Virus record (IMG/VR): IMGVR_UViG_2049941000_000845
Strand: one strand, 5' to 3'
Source: an uncultured virus (IMG/VR IMGVR_UViG_2049941000_000845)
Lineage: Duplodnaviria > Heunggongvirae > Uroviricota > Caudoviricetes
Length of the DNA: 44,983 nt
A program made the translations under genes and the position numbers. Under the pieces are notes generated by a model. It saw nothing but the letters and a program-made list of their open reading frames with translations. It searched no databases and had not been told where the DNA came from. This document shows positions 1 through 10,711 of this stretch, one piece after another; the first letter of the stretch is position 1; every line of letters begins with the position of its first letter.

Positions 1-953
1 GGCGGCGTAGTCCGGCCGCTTCCACAGCGGCTCGAACTTTACGGTCAGCGTCGGAGCCGTCACGCCCAGCGGATTGGAGGCGAGATACGAGGAGGCTTTC
101 GCCCGGAGCGCATCTGCTGTGATCTCCGCGCCGAACTCGAATAACTCCGAAAAATCCTTGATGAGAGTTTTCCTTCGGACGAGTTCGGAACCGGTGATGG
201 GAAGCAGCACCTCCGGCAGCGTGATAACAGTTTCATTTCCGTTTTCATCTGTCTGCACGGCATACGGCAGAAGGTCGGTGTACACGTCGGTGTTGTCTCC
301 GTCATGTTCCAGTTCCGTGAGGTTCTTGCCGTACTCGATGACCACGCCCGTGTTGCGGCCTCTATTCGAGTGCTGCCAGACGAGCCAGTTGTCCCACTCG
401 TATTCGCCGCCCCACAGGTCAAGGAAGGAACCGGCCGTGCCGCCGAGATAGGCGCGGACGCTTTGCGGTTTCGTGATCGAGAACGCTTTCGCCTCGGAAT
501 AGTCCGTTCTGCAGGNNNNNNNNNNNNNNNNNNNNNNNNNNNNNNNNNNNNNNNNNNNNNNNNNNNNNNGAAATTGTGCGGCGTCGCCGTCTGACTGAAC
601 AGCCGCTCCATCGCCAGGGTCGGCGATATGCGGTCGTCTGCCCACCGCAGCGCCGCGATGTTGGAGAGGTCGTAGGAAAGGTGCTGCGCGTACACAGTCA
701 CCACGCCGTTGAGCGGGGTCGTGATCCGGTAGATACGGAACACCTGGTCGTTTGCCGTGTCGTTGGGTTTCGCCTTGACGAGCCGCTCCCTGGCGAGCTG
801 GTCGTAGTTCCTGCCCGTCACGGGGTATTTCAAAACAAGCTCAAAGGCCCCGTTGCGCTCCTCGGTGACCTCGCAGGAGATACAGTCGGAGAGCGCGCCG
901 AGTCCGAACGAGGTGAAAACGGTCGCGTCCGCTCTGTAAAGTACCGGGATCAT
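1..953 (-). CDS. Phage tail endopeptidase / tail spike (Tal-like), 3' end outside window
   Basis: MIPVLY...CEVTEERNGAFELVLKYP...QVFRIY; after the gap continues in another frame (GSFLDLWGGEYEWDN...GVVIEYGKNL); follows Dit. Confidence 0.8.
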
Positions 954-1685
954 AGCGTAATCCACCTCGGTTCTACGGTTACGGAGGTAATGCCGCCGCT
1001 GAACACGATACTGCTGAGACCGGGATACAGAATCGGAAAACCGTCGCCCTCCACACGGTCGTTTCTCGGCTCCGCGCTTTTATAGAAGTTCATCTGTTCG
1101 CTGTCGATCTCGATATACCCGCCGATGTCCGTGAAATCCCACGGTGACTGGCGGAGAGACCCGTTGACGGAAAGTCTGCCAGTCCCGTTCCCATATACCC
1201 GAATATACGGCTTCGACGGAAATACCGTGGGGTTTGTCAGAGCGAACGGTGAAGATGAAATGTTCACCGGGGTAAAGCCGCTGTTGAGGTACTTGAACGG
1301 CAGACAGGAGAAACTGACCGTGAACAGGCCGATCCTGTTCAGCTGATCGGTGATATCAAGCTGTGTGTTTATGACCGCTCTGCGGAAGGTCTCCGTATCG
1401 TAGGTGTCCCGCAGTTCGTGGTATCTGTCCGGCTCGGTGAAGAGCCACGCCTTGACCGCCGTCAGCTNNNNNNNNNNNNNNNNNNNNNNNNNNNNNNNNN
1501 NNNNNNNNNNNNNNNNNNNNNNNNNNTACGTTCGGATATCTGCCGTTCGGAAGGATGAGGTCGCCGTCCCGGCCTGGGATGGGTTGGAACTTCTTCTCAT
1601 ACTGCGGAGCGGAAAACACGTTCTTGCTCTCGATGCGGAGCCCCATATCCAGGGAGTTCACGCCGTTGTAGGTAAAGCTGTTCAC
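950..1685 (-). CDS. Distal tail protein (Dit), spans N gap
   Basis: MNSFTYNGVNSLDMGL...IPGRDG N-terminus and FSCLPFKY...EPRWITL C-terminus; directly after tape measure. Confidence 0.8.
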
Positions 1686-4180
1686 GCGAATACCACTCCT
1701 TTCCGCTTGGCGAACTGACCGGCCGTGACCATGATCTCGTTGGTCAGCTGCTCGATGTCCTCGCTGCTGTAGTTGTTGAAGGTTCCGATACTAAGCTGCA
1801 GGCTGAAACCGCCGCCGAATGCGCCGTTTTCCGCGGACGCCACGGAACTGCCGATATTGCCGTCGATGTCGAAATCTGTCGGAAGCGCCGTGGACATACC
1901 TTTGGCGAGGTCCTGCATCACGCCGTCGATGTCCTCGCTCATGGCTTCGGCAGCTTTCACAGCCTCGTCACCGTTATCCTCGATGGAGCCGGACAGACCC
2001 TTGACGAGCATCTGACCGACCCACGCCATCTCCTTCGACGGAGAGTGGATACCGAAGAAATCCAGGATGCCGTTCCAGATGGAGGAGATCCACCCGGACA
2101 CCTTATCCCACAGCCAGGAGGCAAGCTGCTGAATGCCGTCCCACAGGCCCTTGACGATATTGCCGCCAATCTCCACGATCTTGCCCATCAGAGAGCCGAA
2201 CGCCTTCACGATGCCCTCGATGATCTGAGGCACGGCCTTGCAGATCTCCACGATGATGGTCGGCAGATTCTCGATCAGAGCGACGAACAGTTCCACGCCC
2301 GCCATGATGATCTTGTCGATGTTCCCGATGAGGGCGTCCACGATGCCGGAGATGATCTGCGGGATCGCGGATACGATGGTCGTGATGATCTGCGGAAGCG
2401 CCTGGATCAGCGAAATGAGCAGCTGAATGCCCGCCTGGATGATCTGGGGGATCGAGTTCAGCACGGCGTTGATGATGCCGTTGATGATCTGCGGAATGGC
2501 CGCCACGATGGTCTGGATGATGGTCGGGAGTGCCTCTATGAGCGAGGTCAGCAGCGTGATGCCCGTCTCGATGATCTCCGGGATGGAGTCAAGCAGGAAA
2601 TTCACGATGCCCATGATGACTTCCGGGAGGGCTTCGATCAGCACCGGGATGGCGTCGAGGATGCCCTGCGCCAGTCCCTCGATCAGCTGAAGCGCCGCGT
2701 CCAGGATCATCGGGAGGTTGTCCACAAGGGTCTGCACGATCTGCACGACCACCTCCACGATCTGCGGGATGAGGGTCGGCAGAGCCTCGGCGATACCGAT
2801 GATTAGAGAAGCGATGATCTGCATACCGGCTTCCACGAGCTGCGGGAGCAGTTCGAGCAGAGCCGCCACCAGTTCGGTGATGACCTGCAGGACTACGGGC
2901 AGCAGTTCCGGGATAGCCGATATGATACCCTGGGCAAGCGCCCGCAGGATCGCCGGAGCGCATTCAAGCACGGCTTCCGCTATCGTCAGCACGAGGGTGA
3001 CGAACTGCGGAATCATCTCCGTGATGCTGTTTATAAGCTCCTCGACGCCCGTCTTGATGGTTTCGGCGGCGTTCTCGTTCCCGGCGATAAGGTCGGAAAG
3101 GCCGTCCATGATCATGGACAGCGCCGGGAGCATCTCGCCCGTGACCGAGTTCTTCAGGCCGCCGAAGGTCGCCTTCAGCTTGGTGAGGCTGTCCTGGAAC
3201 GCGGCGGAGGCTTTGACGGCGTCGTCGCTCATGACCATGCCGTATTCCTCGCACTCGTCCATAAGACCCGCAAGCTCCTCTTCGGTCATATTGAAGAGTG
3301 GCAGAAGGTCCTGGCCGGATTTGCCGAACATATCGTTGGCGAGAGCTGCCTTTTCCGTTTCGTCCGAAACGTTCTGCAGGGCGGTGACCACGGTCGAGAA
3401 CAGATCCTCGCGGGAAAGCCCCTGCAGGTCTTCCATAGAAAGACCGAGCCTCTCGAACTTGGCGGTCGCGCCGGCCGAGCCGTTGATGGCGTCGTCAAAG
3501 GTGTTCGTCAGCGTTTTCAGACCCGTGGTGCAGGAGGACATCTCCGTGCCGCAGATCTTCATGGCGTAGTCCCACTTCTGATAGGACTCGAAAGACAGGC
3601 CGACCTTCTGGCTGTTCTTCTCGATCTCGTCGCCGTAGGCGGCGGTCTGGTTCGCCATATCCCACAGCGCCTTGCCGGCCGCCGTGGCAGCCGCCGCGAT
3701 AGTCGTTACAGCTGCGGNNNNNNNNNNTCCGGCGTCATCCGCCTGCTTGCCCGTATCCTCCACGGAATCGCCGAGCTTGTCGGCGTCCTTGCCGGAATCG
3801 GACATCTCGTCGCCCATAGAGTCGATGGCCTCCTCGTTACTGGCGACTTCGCGCTCCATGTCGTTGAGGGCGGCTTCGGCGTTGTTCAGCTGTATCTGCC
3901 ACGCCTGTGTCCGGCGGTCGTTCTCACCGAAGGACTCTGCGGCGTTGGCAAGCGCCTGACGCAGCACCTCGATCTTCTGTTTCTGGGCTTCGATCTCTTT
4001 GTTCAGGACCTCGTTCCTCGCCGTCAGAGCCTTGACCGAGGAGTCGTTTTTGTCAAACTGGGAGGAAACGAGCTTCATTTCCGAGCCGAGGACCTTGAAG
4101 GAGGAGTTGATGTCGGACAGAGCCTTTTTGAACTCTTTTTCACCTTCAAGCCCGATCTTCAGACCGAAATTATCCGCCAT
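1682..4180 (-). CDS. Tail tape measure protein
   Basis: Long helical protein, MADNFGLKIGLEGEKEFK start, hydrophobic A(I/L)PxII repeats, FFGIHSPSK motif. Confidence 0.93.
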   Translation of the reverse strand: MADNFGLKIGLEGEKEFKKALSDINSSFKVLGSEMKLVSSQFDKNDSSVKALTARNEVLNKEIEAQKQKIEVLRQALANAAESFGENDRRTQAWQIQLNNAEAALNDMEREVASNEEAIDSMGDEMSDSGKDADKLGDSVEDTGKQADDAGXXXXAAVTTIAAAATAAGKALWDMANQTAAYGDEIEKNSQKVGLSFESYQKWDYAMKICGTEMSSCTTGLKTLTNTFDDAINGSAGATAKFERLGLSMEDLQGLSREDLFSTVVTALQNVSDETEKAALANDMFGKSGQDLLPLFNMTEEELAGLMDECEEYGMVMSDDAVKASAAFQDSLTKLKATFGGLKNSVTGEMLPALSMIMDGLSDLIAGNENAAETIKTGVEELINSITEMIPQFVTLVLTIAEAVLECAPAILRALAQGIISAIPELLPVVLQVITELVAALLELLPQLVEAGMQIIASLIIGIAEALPTLIPQIVEVVVQIVQTLVDNLPMILDAALQLIEGLAQGILDAIPVLIEALPEVIMGIVNFLLDSIPEIIETGITLLTSLIEALPTIIQTIVAAIPQIINGIINAVLNSIPQIIQAGIQLLISLIQALPQIITTIVSAIPQIISGIVDALIGNIDKIIMAGVELFVALIENLPTIIVEICKAVPQIIEGIVKAFGSLMGKIVEIGGNIVKGLWDGIQQLASWLWDKVSGWISSIWNGILDFFGIHSPSKEMAWVGQMLVKGLSGSIEDNGDEAVKAAEAMSEDIDGVMQDLAKGMSTALPTDFDIDGNIGSSVASAENGAFGGGFSLQLSIGTFNNYSSEDIEQLTNEIMVTAGQFAKRKGVVFA

Positions 4181-4198
4181 GCGTACCGCCTCCTTCCG

Positions 4199-4411
4199 TT
4201 AGATCCCGTCGGGGATAATGCCGTCGATGAAATGCTCCCGTTTGGGCTGCGCCAGACCGCTGTGCTGCTTGTGGCACTCCCACAGGTCCAGGAGCAGACC
4301 GAACGGCATCGTCCACACCTCATCCTGCGACAGATGAAGATGGGCGATGCCGTAATATAAAAGCCGGGTGAACAGTTCCTCGTCTGTTACCCGACTTCCG
4401 CGTTTTTTGGG
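4199..4411 (-). CDS. Tail assembly chaperone C-terminal extension (gpT-like, -1 frame)
   Basis: Open -1 frame from slippery CCCAAAAAAC (4402-4411): KRGSRVTDEELFTRLLYYGIAHLHLSQDEVWTMPFGLLLDLWECHKQ...PDGI*. Confidence 0.75.
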   Translation of the reverse strand, partial: PKKRGSRVTDEELFTRLLYYGIAHLHLSQDEVWTMPFGLLLDLWECHKQHSGLAQPKREHFIDGIIPDGI

Positions 4412-4770
4412 TCAGCCTCGCTTTCGACGTTCCGCTTCGTACCCTTGTACAGCGCCTCCGTGATGGCCGATTTGTATCCGGCGAGGTCGGAAGGCACCGT
4501 TAGCAGTTCCACCTCGTCGGCGGTGAGCAGGTCTTTGGGGCTGTCCCTGTGCTTGAGGTTGTGGATCAGGATGCTCTGATTGGCGAGAAGCGTGATGAGC
4601 CAGACGATCTCCTCAAGAGCCATCTCGAAGTTCTCGTTTTTCATCAGCTTGTCGCCCAGGTTCTCCAGACCGCCGTAGCGGCCGGCGATCTCCTTCGTCG
4701 CCCTCGTGGTGAGGACGAGTTCGTAGTCGGTTCCGCCGATGGAAATGACGGAGCTGCGTTCGTTATCCAT
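4387..4770 (-). CDS. Tail assembly chaperone (gpG-like)
   Basis: Lies between major tail and tape measure; ends DPKNAEVG over a slippery site; GGAGG RBS. Confidence 0.8.
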   Translation of the reverse strand: MDNERSSVISIGGTDYELVLTTRATKEIAGRYGGLENLGDKLMKNENFEMALEEIVWLITLLANQSILIHNLKHRDSPKDLLTADEVELLTVPSDLAGYKSAITEALYKGTKRNVESEADPKNAEVG

Positions 4771-4782
4771 GACGCGCCCTCC

Positions 4783-5431
4783 TTACATGATCTCGCCCGT
4801 GCCGGGATTCGAGGGCAGCGGAGTGATGGTGCCGCCGCTGAATTCGACAGCGGGTTCGTAGACCTCTTCGTACCAGCCGTCGACAACGGACTGGTCGACG
4901 CCCTGCGCGCCCTCGGTGACCTCCGCTTTCCAGGGATGCTTGCCGGAAAGGTCGGGGCGGTTACGGCGCATGATCGTGCCTTCGATGGTCGGCGTGGAAA
5001 AGGTGATGGAATCGCCCTTCGTGGCGAGGTTGGTCGCCGGGATGCCGAACTTGACCCTGTAAAGCCAGAAGTAGCGGTACTTGCCGTTGGAGCGCTTCGC
5101 CCGGAAACCGACCGCCACAGGCTTGCCGCCGTCCTCGGNNNNNNNNNNNNNNNNNNNNNNNNNNNNNNNNNNNNNNNNNNNNNNNNNNNNNNNNNNNNNN
5201 NNNNNNNNNNNNNNNNNNNNNNNNNNNNNCCAGCGAGAGGGTGCCGGACTTGAATTCCTTCACGACCTCTGCCGCGCCGTCGTCCGCGTAGAGGACGGCT
5301 TCGTTCAGTTCGACCGTCAGATCGGCGGTCATCGCTTTCGCCAGCACCTGGGGTTCGCCGTAGGTTTCGTAGCCCAGCTCGTCCTCGTCGATGTTGGCGT
5401 AGAAAAGTTTGTCAAGACCGATAGTTGCCAT
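4783..5431 (-). CDS. Major tail protein (phi13-family-like), spans gap
   Basis: MATIGLDKLFYA...LYADDG...; VAVGFRAKRSNGKYRYFWLYRVKF...FSTPTIEG. Confidence 0.88.
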
Positions 5432-5434
5432 TGG

Positions 5435-6481
5435 TCATTCCTCCGTTTCGTATTCGTAGTAACGGGCGACGTCGACCGTGTAGTGGTGGTAGCCCGTGTC
5501 GGTTTCATATCCGTTGTACATCCTGCCGGTTATCGTGAGATCCTCCCGCAGGAGCAGACGGACGATTCTGTTTTTCAGCGCCGTATAGCTGCCTTTGGTA
5601 TACAGCGAGAGCCTCGCTTCCTGGATATCGACTCCCGGCGCGTTGTCCGCGTGGAGGTCGNNNNNNNNNNAGGATGTTGGCGATCTTGGCGTTGCTGTCG
5701 CCGTCGCGGCGGGGTTCGGCGAAGCCGACCTTGACGTTGTGGTTGCCGTCCCGGTCGAGTTTCACGCCGGACGTGCCGAGCGAGGCAAGCAGCTGTCCCG
5801 TGGAGCGGGATTCCTCCTTCGTGCCTCTGCCGATGACGCCCGCGAGGTTCGAGCGGACTTTTGCCTCCACGACCTCTGCGCCGGCGGTCAGCACACGTTC
5901 GGCCATGCCGTCCTCGTCCTTCGTGAGATGAGCCAGCTTTTCGAGAAACTCGTCCGGCATTTTGATATCAGCCCTTGCCACTTGTCGGCACCACCTTTCT
6001 CGCCAGGACTTCCGTGTACATCCTGCGGCCTTTTACGTCCTCCACGGAGAGGATGCTGAACCGTTCTCCGCCGCAGACGATGGTGTGCGCGGTCGTGACC
6101 NNNNNNNNNNNNNNNNNNNNNNNNNNNNNNNNNNNNNNNNNNNNNNNNNNNNNNNNNNNNNNNNNNNNNNNNNNNNNNNNNNNNNNNNNNNNNNNNNNNN
6201 NNNNNNNNNNNNNNNNNNNNNNNNNNNNNNNNNNNNNNNNNNNNNNNNNNNNNNNNNNNNNNNNNNNNNNNNNNNNNNNNNNNNNNNNNNNNNNNNNNNN
6301 NNNNNNNNNNNNNNNNNNNNNNNNNNNNNNNNNNNNNNNNNNNNNNNNNNNNNNNNNNNAAGGTATCGGAAAGCGGGGTGATAACGATATAGGTTTCCGG
6401 CGCCTCATCCGAGAATATCCCGGTTTCGACGGGAACACCCTTCGTCGCCAGCAGCGAATTCAGATCTTCCAGTATGCTCAT
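5435..6481 (-). CDS. Tail terminator-like protein, split across misordered blocks (6481-6360 and 5660-5435)
   Basis: MSILEDLNSLL...YIVITPLSDT joins naturally to DLHADNAPGVDIQEARLSLY...GYHHYTVDV. Confidence 0.6.
5671..5981 (-). CDS. HK97 gp10-like tail completion protein (C-terminus displaced to 6478-6585)
   Basis: MARADIKMP...RSTGQL...VKVGF...NAKIANI; expected end HGQPPKPFLKPA is in block 6478-6585. Confidence 0.72.
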
Positions 6482-6595
6482 TTGCCGACCTCCTCCTCAA
6501 GTTTCCGCTTCATCGCCTCGATGACGGCCGCCTTTGATGCTGACTTCGCGGGTTTCAGAAACGGCTTCGGGGGCTGCCCGTGCCGNNNNNNNNNN

Positions 6596-6799
6596 GCCCG
6601 GAATACAGCGGAAACGGAAAAGGTCGGTGGCGTCGGAGAACGCGGCGAGGTTTGCCCAGCGCACCGAGCCGTGCCGACCCTCCCGGTAGACCCGGACGGA
6701 AGCGAGGACCCGCTCCTCCCTGGAAGCGAAGCCCTCGCTGTCTTTCGTCCGTTCGATGCCGACAATGATTGCCGCGCGGTTCATCTTGCCGAAGCTCAT
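6596..6799 (-). CDS. Head-tail joining / head closure protein (C-terminus displaced to 5968-6100)
   Basis: MSFGKMN...KDSEGF...FRFRCIPG, continued by VTTAHTIVCGGERFSILSVEDVKGRRMYTEV. Confidence 0.72.
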
Positions 6800-7110
6800 A
6801 CCTGCCACCTCCGATCGAGCCGGAGAAGAAGGTTGACCGTGTTCCACACCTGCTGCGCGGCCTGCGGGTTGTCGGCGAAAAAGCCGCCCGTGGAACCGTC
6901 CCTCGACTCGTAGAAGTGGGAGGCAAGCATGATCACGGCCTGCTCCGTGGTGGCAGGCATGAGGGTTTCGGCGTAGGTTCCTTCCGGGACGTGCTGATAA
7001 CTTTCGGCGTAGGAAACGGCCGCAGTGATGTAGCCCTGGAGCAGATCATCGTCGGCCGTATGGTCAAGTATGAGGTTCGCCTTGACTTTCTGAAGCAGAG
7101 TCTCCATCAC
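6796..7110 (-). CDS. Head-tail connector (gp6/gp15-like)
   Basis: KVKANLILDHTADDDLL...QAVIMLASHFYESR. Confidence 0.88.
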   Translation of the reverse strand: MMETLLQKVKANLILDHTADDDLLQGYITAAVSYAESYQHVPEGTYAETLMPATTEQAVIMLASHFYESRDGSTGGFFADNPQAAQQVWNTVNLLLRLDRRWQV

Positions 7111-7121
7111 CGCAGCCTCCT

Positions 7122-7637
7122 TTACTTTTTCTTTGCGGGTTCTTCAACAACGGAAGCGCCTCTTTCCGTTTCGCCCGGTTCAACCGATTCGTCCGATACA
7201 CTCAGAATAGCCGCCAGCCGCTCATTGCTGTTTGTTCGCAGATATACCCGATTGTCATCACGGAAGAGAATCACCGTAACGATGGTGAAAAGCCTGCCTG
7301 TGAAATCAAACGGCATGCCTCCCATTCCAACAATCATGTTCTCACCATCCGTACAGCAGGACAGAACACTGTATCTGTATCCGTTGAGGTTGGCGTTACG
7401 GAACAGGACGGGTTTTACTCCGAGAACCGCCTGCTCAAATACTTCCAACGGGAAATACGCCGTAATGTCCAACGGTGAATCCATGATGTCGGACACATCC
7501 AGCCCTTCAAGGTCAAGAACATAAAATGAGGAATCGGAGGGAAAGCCGGACACGCCGGCTCCCTCCCTGAACGCAATTTCACCGCCGATGACAAGGCGGT
7601 CTCCGCCCTGTTCAAAGTAGTTTTTTACGTTGCTCAT
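7122..7637 (-). CDS. Putative head fibre / capsid decoration protein
   Basis: N-terminus KNYFEQGGDRLVIGG resembles head-fibre starts in this phage group; immediately downstream of capsid. Confidence 0.55.
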   Translation of the reverse strand: MSNVKNYFEQGGDRLVIGGEIAFREGAGVSGFPSDSSFYVLDLEGLDVSDIMDSPLDITAYFPLEVFEQAVLGVKPVLFRNANLNGYRYSVLSCCTDGENMIVGMGGMPFDFTGRLFTIVTVILFRDDNRVYLRTNSNERLAAILSVSDESVEPGETERGASVVEEPAKKK

Positions 7638-7642
7638 GATCC

Positions 7643-8830
7643 TTACGCCTTCATTTTGAGAAGCTGGATGCCCTCGGACAGGATGACCTTGCCGTCCACG
7701 CGCTCGGTAGCGACGTAACCGATCTGACCGTTGGTGGCGTAGAGCTCGTTAAGCCTCTGCACGGTTCTGCCCGCACGGTCGCCGATCCAGTAGTTCTTGA
7801 AATCACCGAAGGCGACAGTGAAAGCGCCACCCGCGACAACGGGAACGTAGGGACTGGTATGGAGCTCATAGCCGAGCAGTCTGTCAGGCTGACCCGCCTG
7901 CACGGAGGGCTGCCACAGGTAGGCGCCGTTGCCGTCCTTCAGCTTGCGGATCATGGAGACGGTCGCGTCGTTCATGAGGAACTTCGCGTTTCTGCGGTAC
8001 GGAGACTTCAGCGCGTACACGAGGCTGATGAGCTCGTCTGCGGTGATCGCGTTGGTCGCGGCAGCGGTTACTCCGACTTCGCCGCCGTTGGCGGTAAAGA
8101 TGCCGGTGGGCTGGTTGACGCCGGTACCGACGCAGAACGCTTCCTCCTCGGCAACGCCGAAGGCACGGGCAAATTCTGCGGCGATGTACTCCTCAAGGTC
8201 GAACTCGGAGTCCTGCAGAAGTTCGGAACTGAGACGGATCAGGTCGGTCAGCTTGAAGGCGTCGATCTGCTTCTGACCGAAGGTGGGATTNNNNNNNNNN
8301 AACGCCGCGTTCTCCAGCGTCCAGTTCGCAACGGAACGACCGATGGCGAGCGGGATCTTGCGGTCGTGATGGGTGGTGAATACCTTCGCAAGGCCACGGA
8401 TCACGTTGGCCGCATTAAGGCCGGTGACAATCTGGCTCTCAAATTCCTCCGGGACAAGATAGCCGCCGTCCTGATCAACGCTCTCGGAGAGGACGTTATG
8501 GATGGGCTTCTTGCCGCGAAGGTGTCTGCCGAAGTCCTCCTTGTAGGCGTTGGAAGCGCGACCGGTCATCTCCGGCGCGGCAGGCTTTTCGGGAGTCTCC
8601 TTGATGGGTTTGTTGACGGGCTTGCTCAGTTCCGCCTCCATGGCGTCCCTGCGTTCCATGCGGCGGATCTCGTTGGAGAGGTCGTTCAAATCCTGCTCCA
8701 TACCGGTGTAGGTGGCGTCGTCCTCCGGGGACAGAACGCCCTTGTCGTTTCTGTGGGTGTCGAGGAAGCCCTCCATGGTCGCCCACAGCTTCGCGCGCTT
8801 CTCACGCATTTCGATGATAGTCATGTTCAT
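7643..8830 (-). CDS. Major capsid protein (HK97 fold)
   Basis: Coiled-coil delta domain, DGGYLVPEEF, KLKDGNGAYLWQP, FGDF motifs. Confidence 0.95.
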   Translation of the reverse strand: MNMTIIEMREKRAKLWATMEGFLDTHRNDKGVLSPEDDATYTGMEQDLNDLSNEIRRMERRDAMEAELSKPVNKPIKETPEKPAAPEMTGRASNAYKEDFGRHLRGKKPIHNVLSESVDQDGGYLVPEEFESQIVTGLNAANVIRGLAKVFTTHHDRKIPLAIGRSVANWTLENAAXXXXNPTFGQKQIDAFKLTDLIRLSSELLQDSEFDLEEYIAAEFARAFGVAEEEAFCVGTGVNQPTGIFTANGGEVGVTAAATNAITADELISLVYALKSPYRRNAKFLMNDATVSMIRKLKDGNGAYLWQPSVQAGQPDRLLGYELHTSPYVPVVAGGAFTVAFGDFKNYWIGDRAGRTVQRLNELYATNGQIGYVATERVDGKVILSEGIQLLKMKA

Positions 8831-8838
8831 TACCTCCG

Positions 8839-9398
8839 TTAGATAAAGTTTTTAATGGTTTCGAGACGCTTTTTGAGTTCGTCAACCGAGCGTCCCTGCG
8901 GCTGTTCCGGCGCTGCCGGGGTTTCGGGTTCGACTGCTGGTCCATGCTTCGCTTTCGCGCTGATCTTGTTCAGAAGCGCAGCCTGCACGGTTTTCCTTGA
9001 GAAAGCGTAAGCGGGAATGACGACGTCCACGGTTTTTTCGTCCATAAGGATATCGTCAGCAAAGCCGAGTTCTACGGCCTTGTTGGCGTTCATCCATGTC
9101 TCTGCGTCCATGAGATGGGACAGCTTCGCGCGGGACAGGCTCGTCTTGATCTCATAGGCGTTNNNNNNNNNNTGTAGATCTGGCTTGCCGCGATGCAGTC
9201 GCCGCCCGGCGAGTTGATCCATACGGTAATGGGACCTGTGCCGGAGAACAGTTCTTCCCTGAACATTGCGGGAGTGATGTCGTCATCGAACCACGACTGT
9301 TCGGCAATCGTGCCGTAGAGTTCCAGCTCACGGCCTGCCGATCCGCTTTCGTCCGCCTGATTCCTCCACGCCCAGAACTTCTTCGTCTGATTCTTCAT
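8839..9398 (-). CDS. ClpP-like prohead protease (middle missing in gap)
   Basis: INSPGGDCIAASQIY and ETWMNANKAVELGFAD motifs. Confidence 0.88.
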
Positions 9399-10695
9399 CG
9401 GGGTTTTCCTCCTTTCCGTTATCGGTCGTATTCGCAAAAGCACCCGCTCTTGCAAGCGGGAGCATGTTGCCGTTTATAAGGTAGAGATCACCGCCGTCTT
9501 CAGCCGGGATTCGGTCAAGGTTCTCAAGCTCACGGATGTCGTTTGCGGACATCCAGCCGTTCTGCCTCGCCGTGGCGTACCCGGTCATGCGGCTCTGGTA
9601 ATCTCCGCGCAGCAGACCTTCCACGTTGAATTTCACGAAGAACACCTTTTTCTCGTCCGCCGTCAGGAGCGTTCTCTGAATGGACTGTTCCCATCGGATC
9701 ACCCAGGGGTCGAGGGTGTACTTCACGAACTCAAGGGACTGCTGCTCTATATTGGAAAAGCTCGACTTCTCAAGGTCTCCGATCATATGCGGCGGGACTC
9801 TGAAAATTCGAGCTATCTCATTGATTTGGAATTTTCTCGTTTCGAGGAACTGCGCCTGCTCCGGGGAAATGGAGATGGGCGTGTATTTCATACCCTCCTC
9901 CAGCACGGCGATCTTGTTGCTGTTCGCCGAGCCGCCGAAGGTGTGCTGCCAGCTTTCTCTTACACGGGAAGGGTCTTTGATCGTGCCGGGATGCTCCAGC
10001 ACGCCGGACGGCGCCGCACCATTGGCGAAGAACTTGCTGCCGTATTCCTCCGTGGCTATGGCAAGACCGATGGCGTTCTTTGCCATGGCAATGGGGCTAT
10101 ATCCGACGAGACCGTCGAAGCCGAGTCCCGGAATGTGCAGCACATCCGAAGGGTGAAGCGTGACGGTATAGCTGTTGTCCTTCGGAAGCTCGTCCTGCGA
10201 TTTCTGATAGGTGTAATACAGCTGTCCGTCCTCGTCCCGGCTGACCGTCATCTTGTTCGGCATCAGCGGATAGAGCGCAATGACCTCGCCCTTGCCGTTG
10301 CGTATGATTTGCGCNNNNNNNNNNNNNNNNNNNNNNNNNNNNNNNNNNNNNNNNNAGGCATTGCCCCACAGCAAAAGGTGGGTCATAAGCGTTTCCCGGA
10401 ACACGAAGGAACTCATCTCCGGGTTCGGCTCGTCATGAAGCAGCTGATACAGCGGATGATCGAGCGCCTTTTCCTTGCCTCCGTCCTCCTTGCATCGGTA
10501 CATATGGAGCGGCAGACCCGCGATAGCCTCCGACAGGATACGGACGCAGGCATAGACGGCAGTCATCTGCATGGCGCTGCGCTCGGTCACGACTTTGCCG
10601 GAACTTGAGTTTCCCATGTAGAAAGCATAACGTGAGCCGACCGTACTGTTCCGGGGCTTGTCTCTCGATCTGAACAGACCGCTGAAAATGCTCAT
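9328..10695 (-). CDS. Portal protein (HK97 family)
   Basis: AVYACVRILSE, LLLWGNA, FLETRKFQINEIARIFRVPP, NEIRELENL-like motifs. Confidence 0.95.
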   Translation of the reverse strand: MSIFSGLFRSRDKPRNSTVGSRYAFYMGNSSSGKVVTERSAMQMTAVYACVRILSEAIAGLPLHMYRCKEDGGKEKALDHPLYQLLHDEPNPEMSSFVFRETLMTHLLLWGNAXXXXXXXXXXXXXXAQIIRNGKGEVIALYPLMPNKMTVSRDEDGQLYYTYQKSQDELPKDNSYTVTLHPSDVLHIPGLGFDGLVGYSPIAMAKNAIGLAIATEEYGSKFFANGAAPSGVLEHPGTIKDPSRVRESWQHTFGGSANSNKIAVLEEGMKYTPISISPEQAQFLETRKFQINEIARIFRVPPHMIGDLEKSSFSNIEQQSLEFVKYTLDPWVIRWEQSIQRTLLTADEKKVFFVKFNVEGLLRGDYQSRMTGYATARQNGWMSANDIRELENLDRIPAEDGGDLYLINGNMLPLARAGAFANTTDNGKEENPDEESDEEVLGVEESGGRKRIGRP

Positions 10696-10711
10696 ATCTC
10701 ATCACCGTCCT

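Noticed and set aside
2150..3000. Repetitive GATGATC-rich DNA
   Set aside because: Explained by tape measure protein repeats
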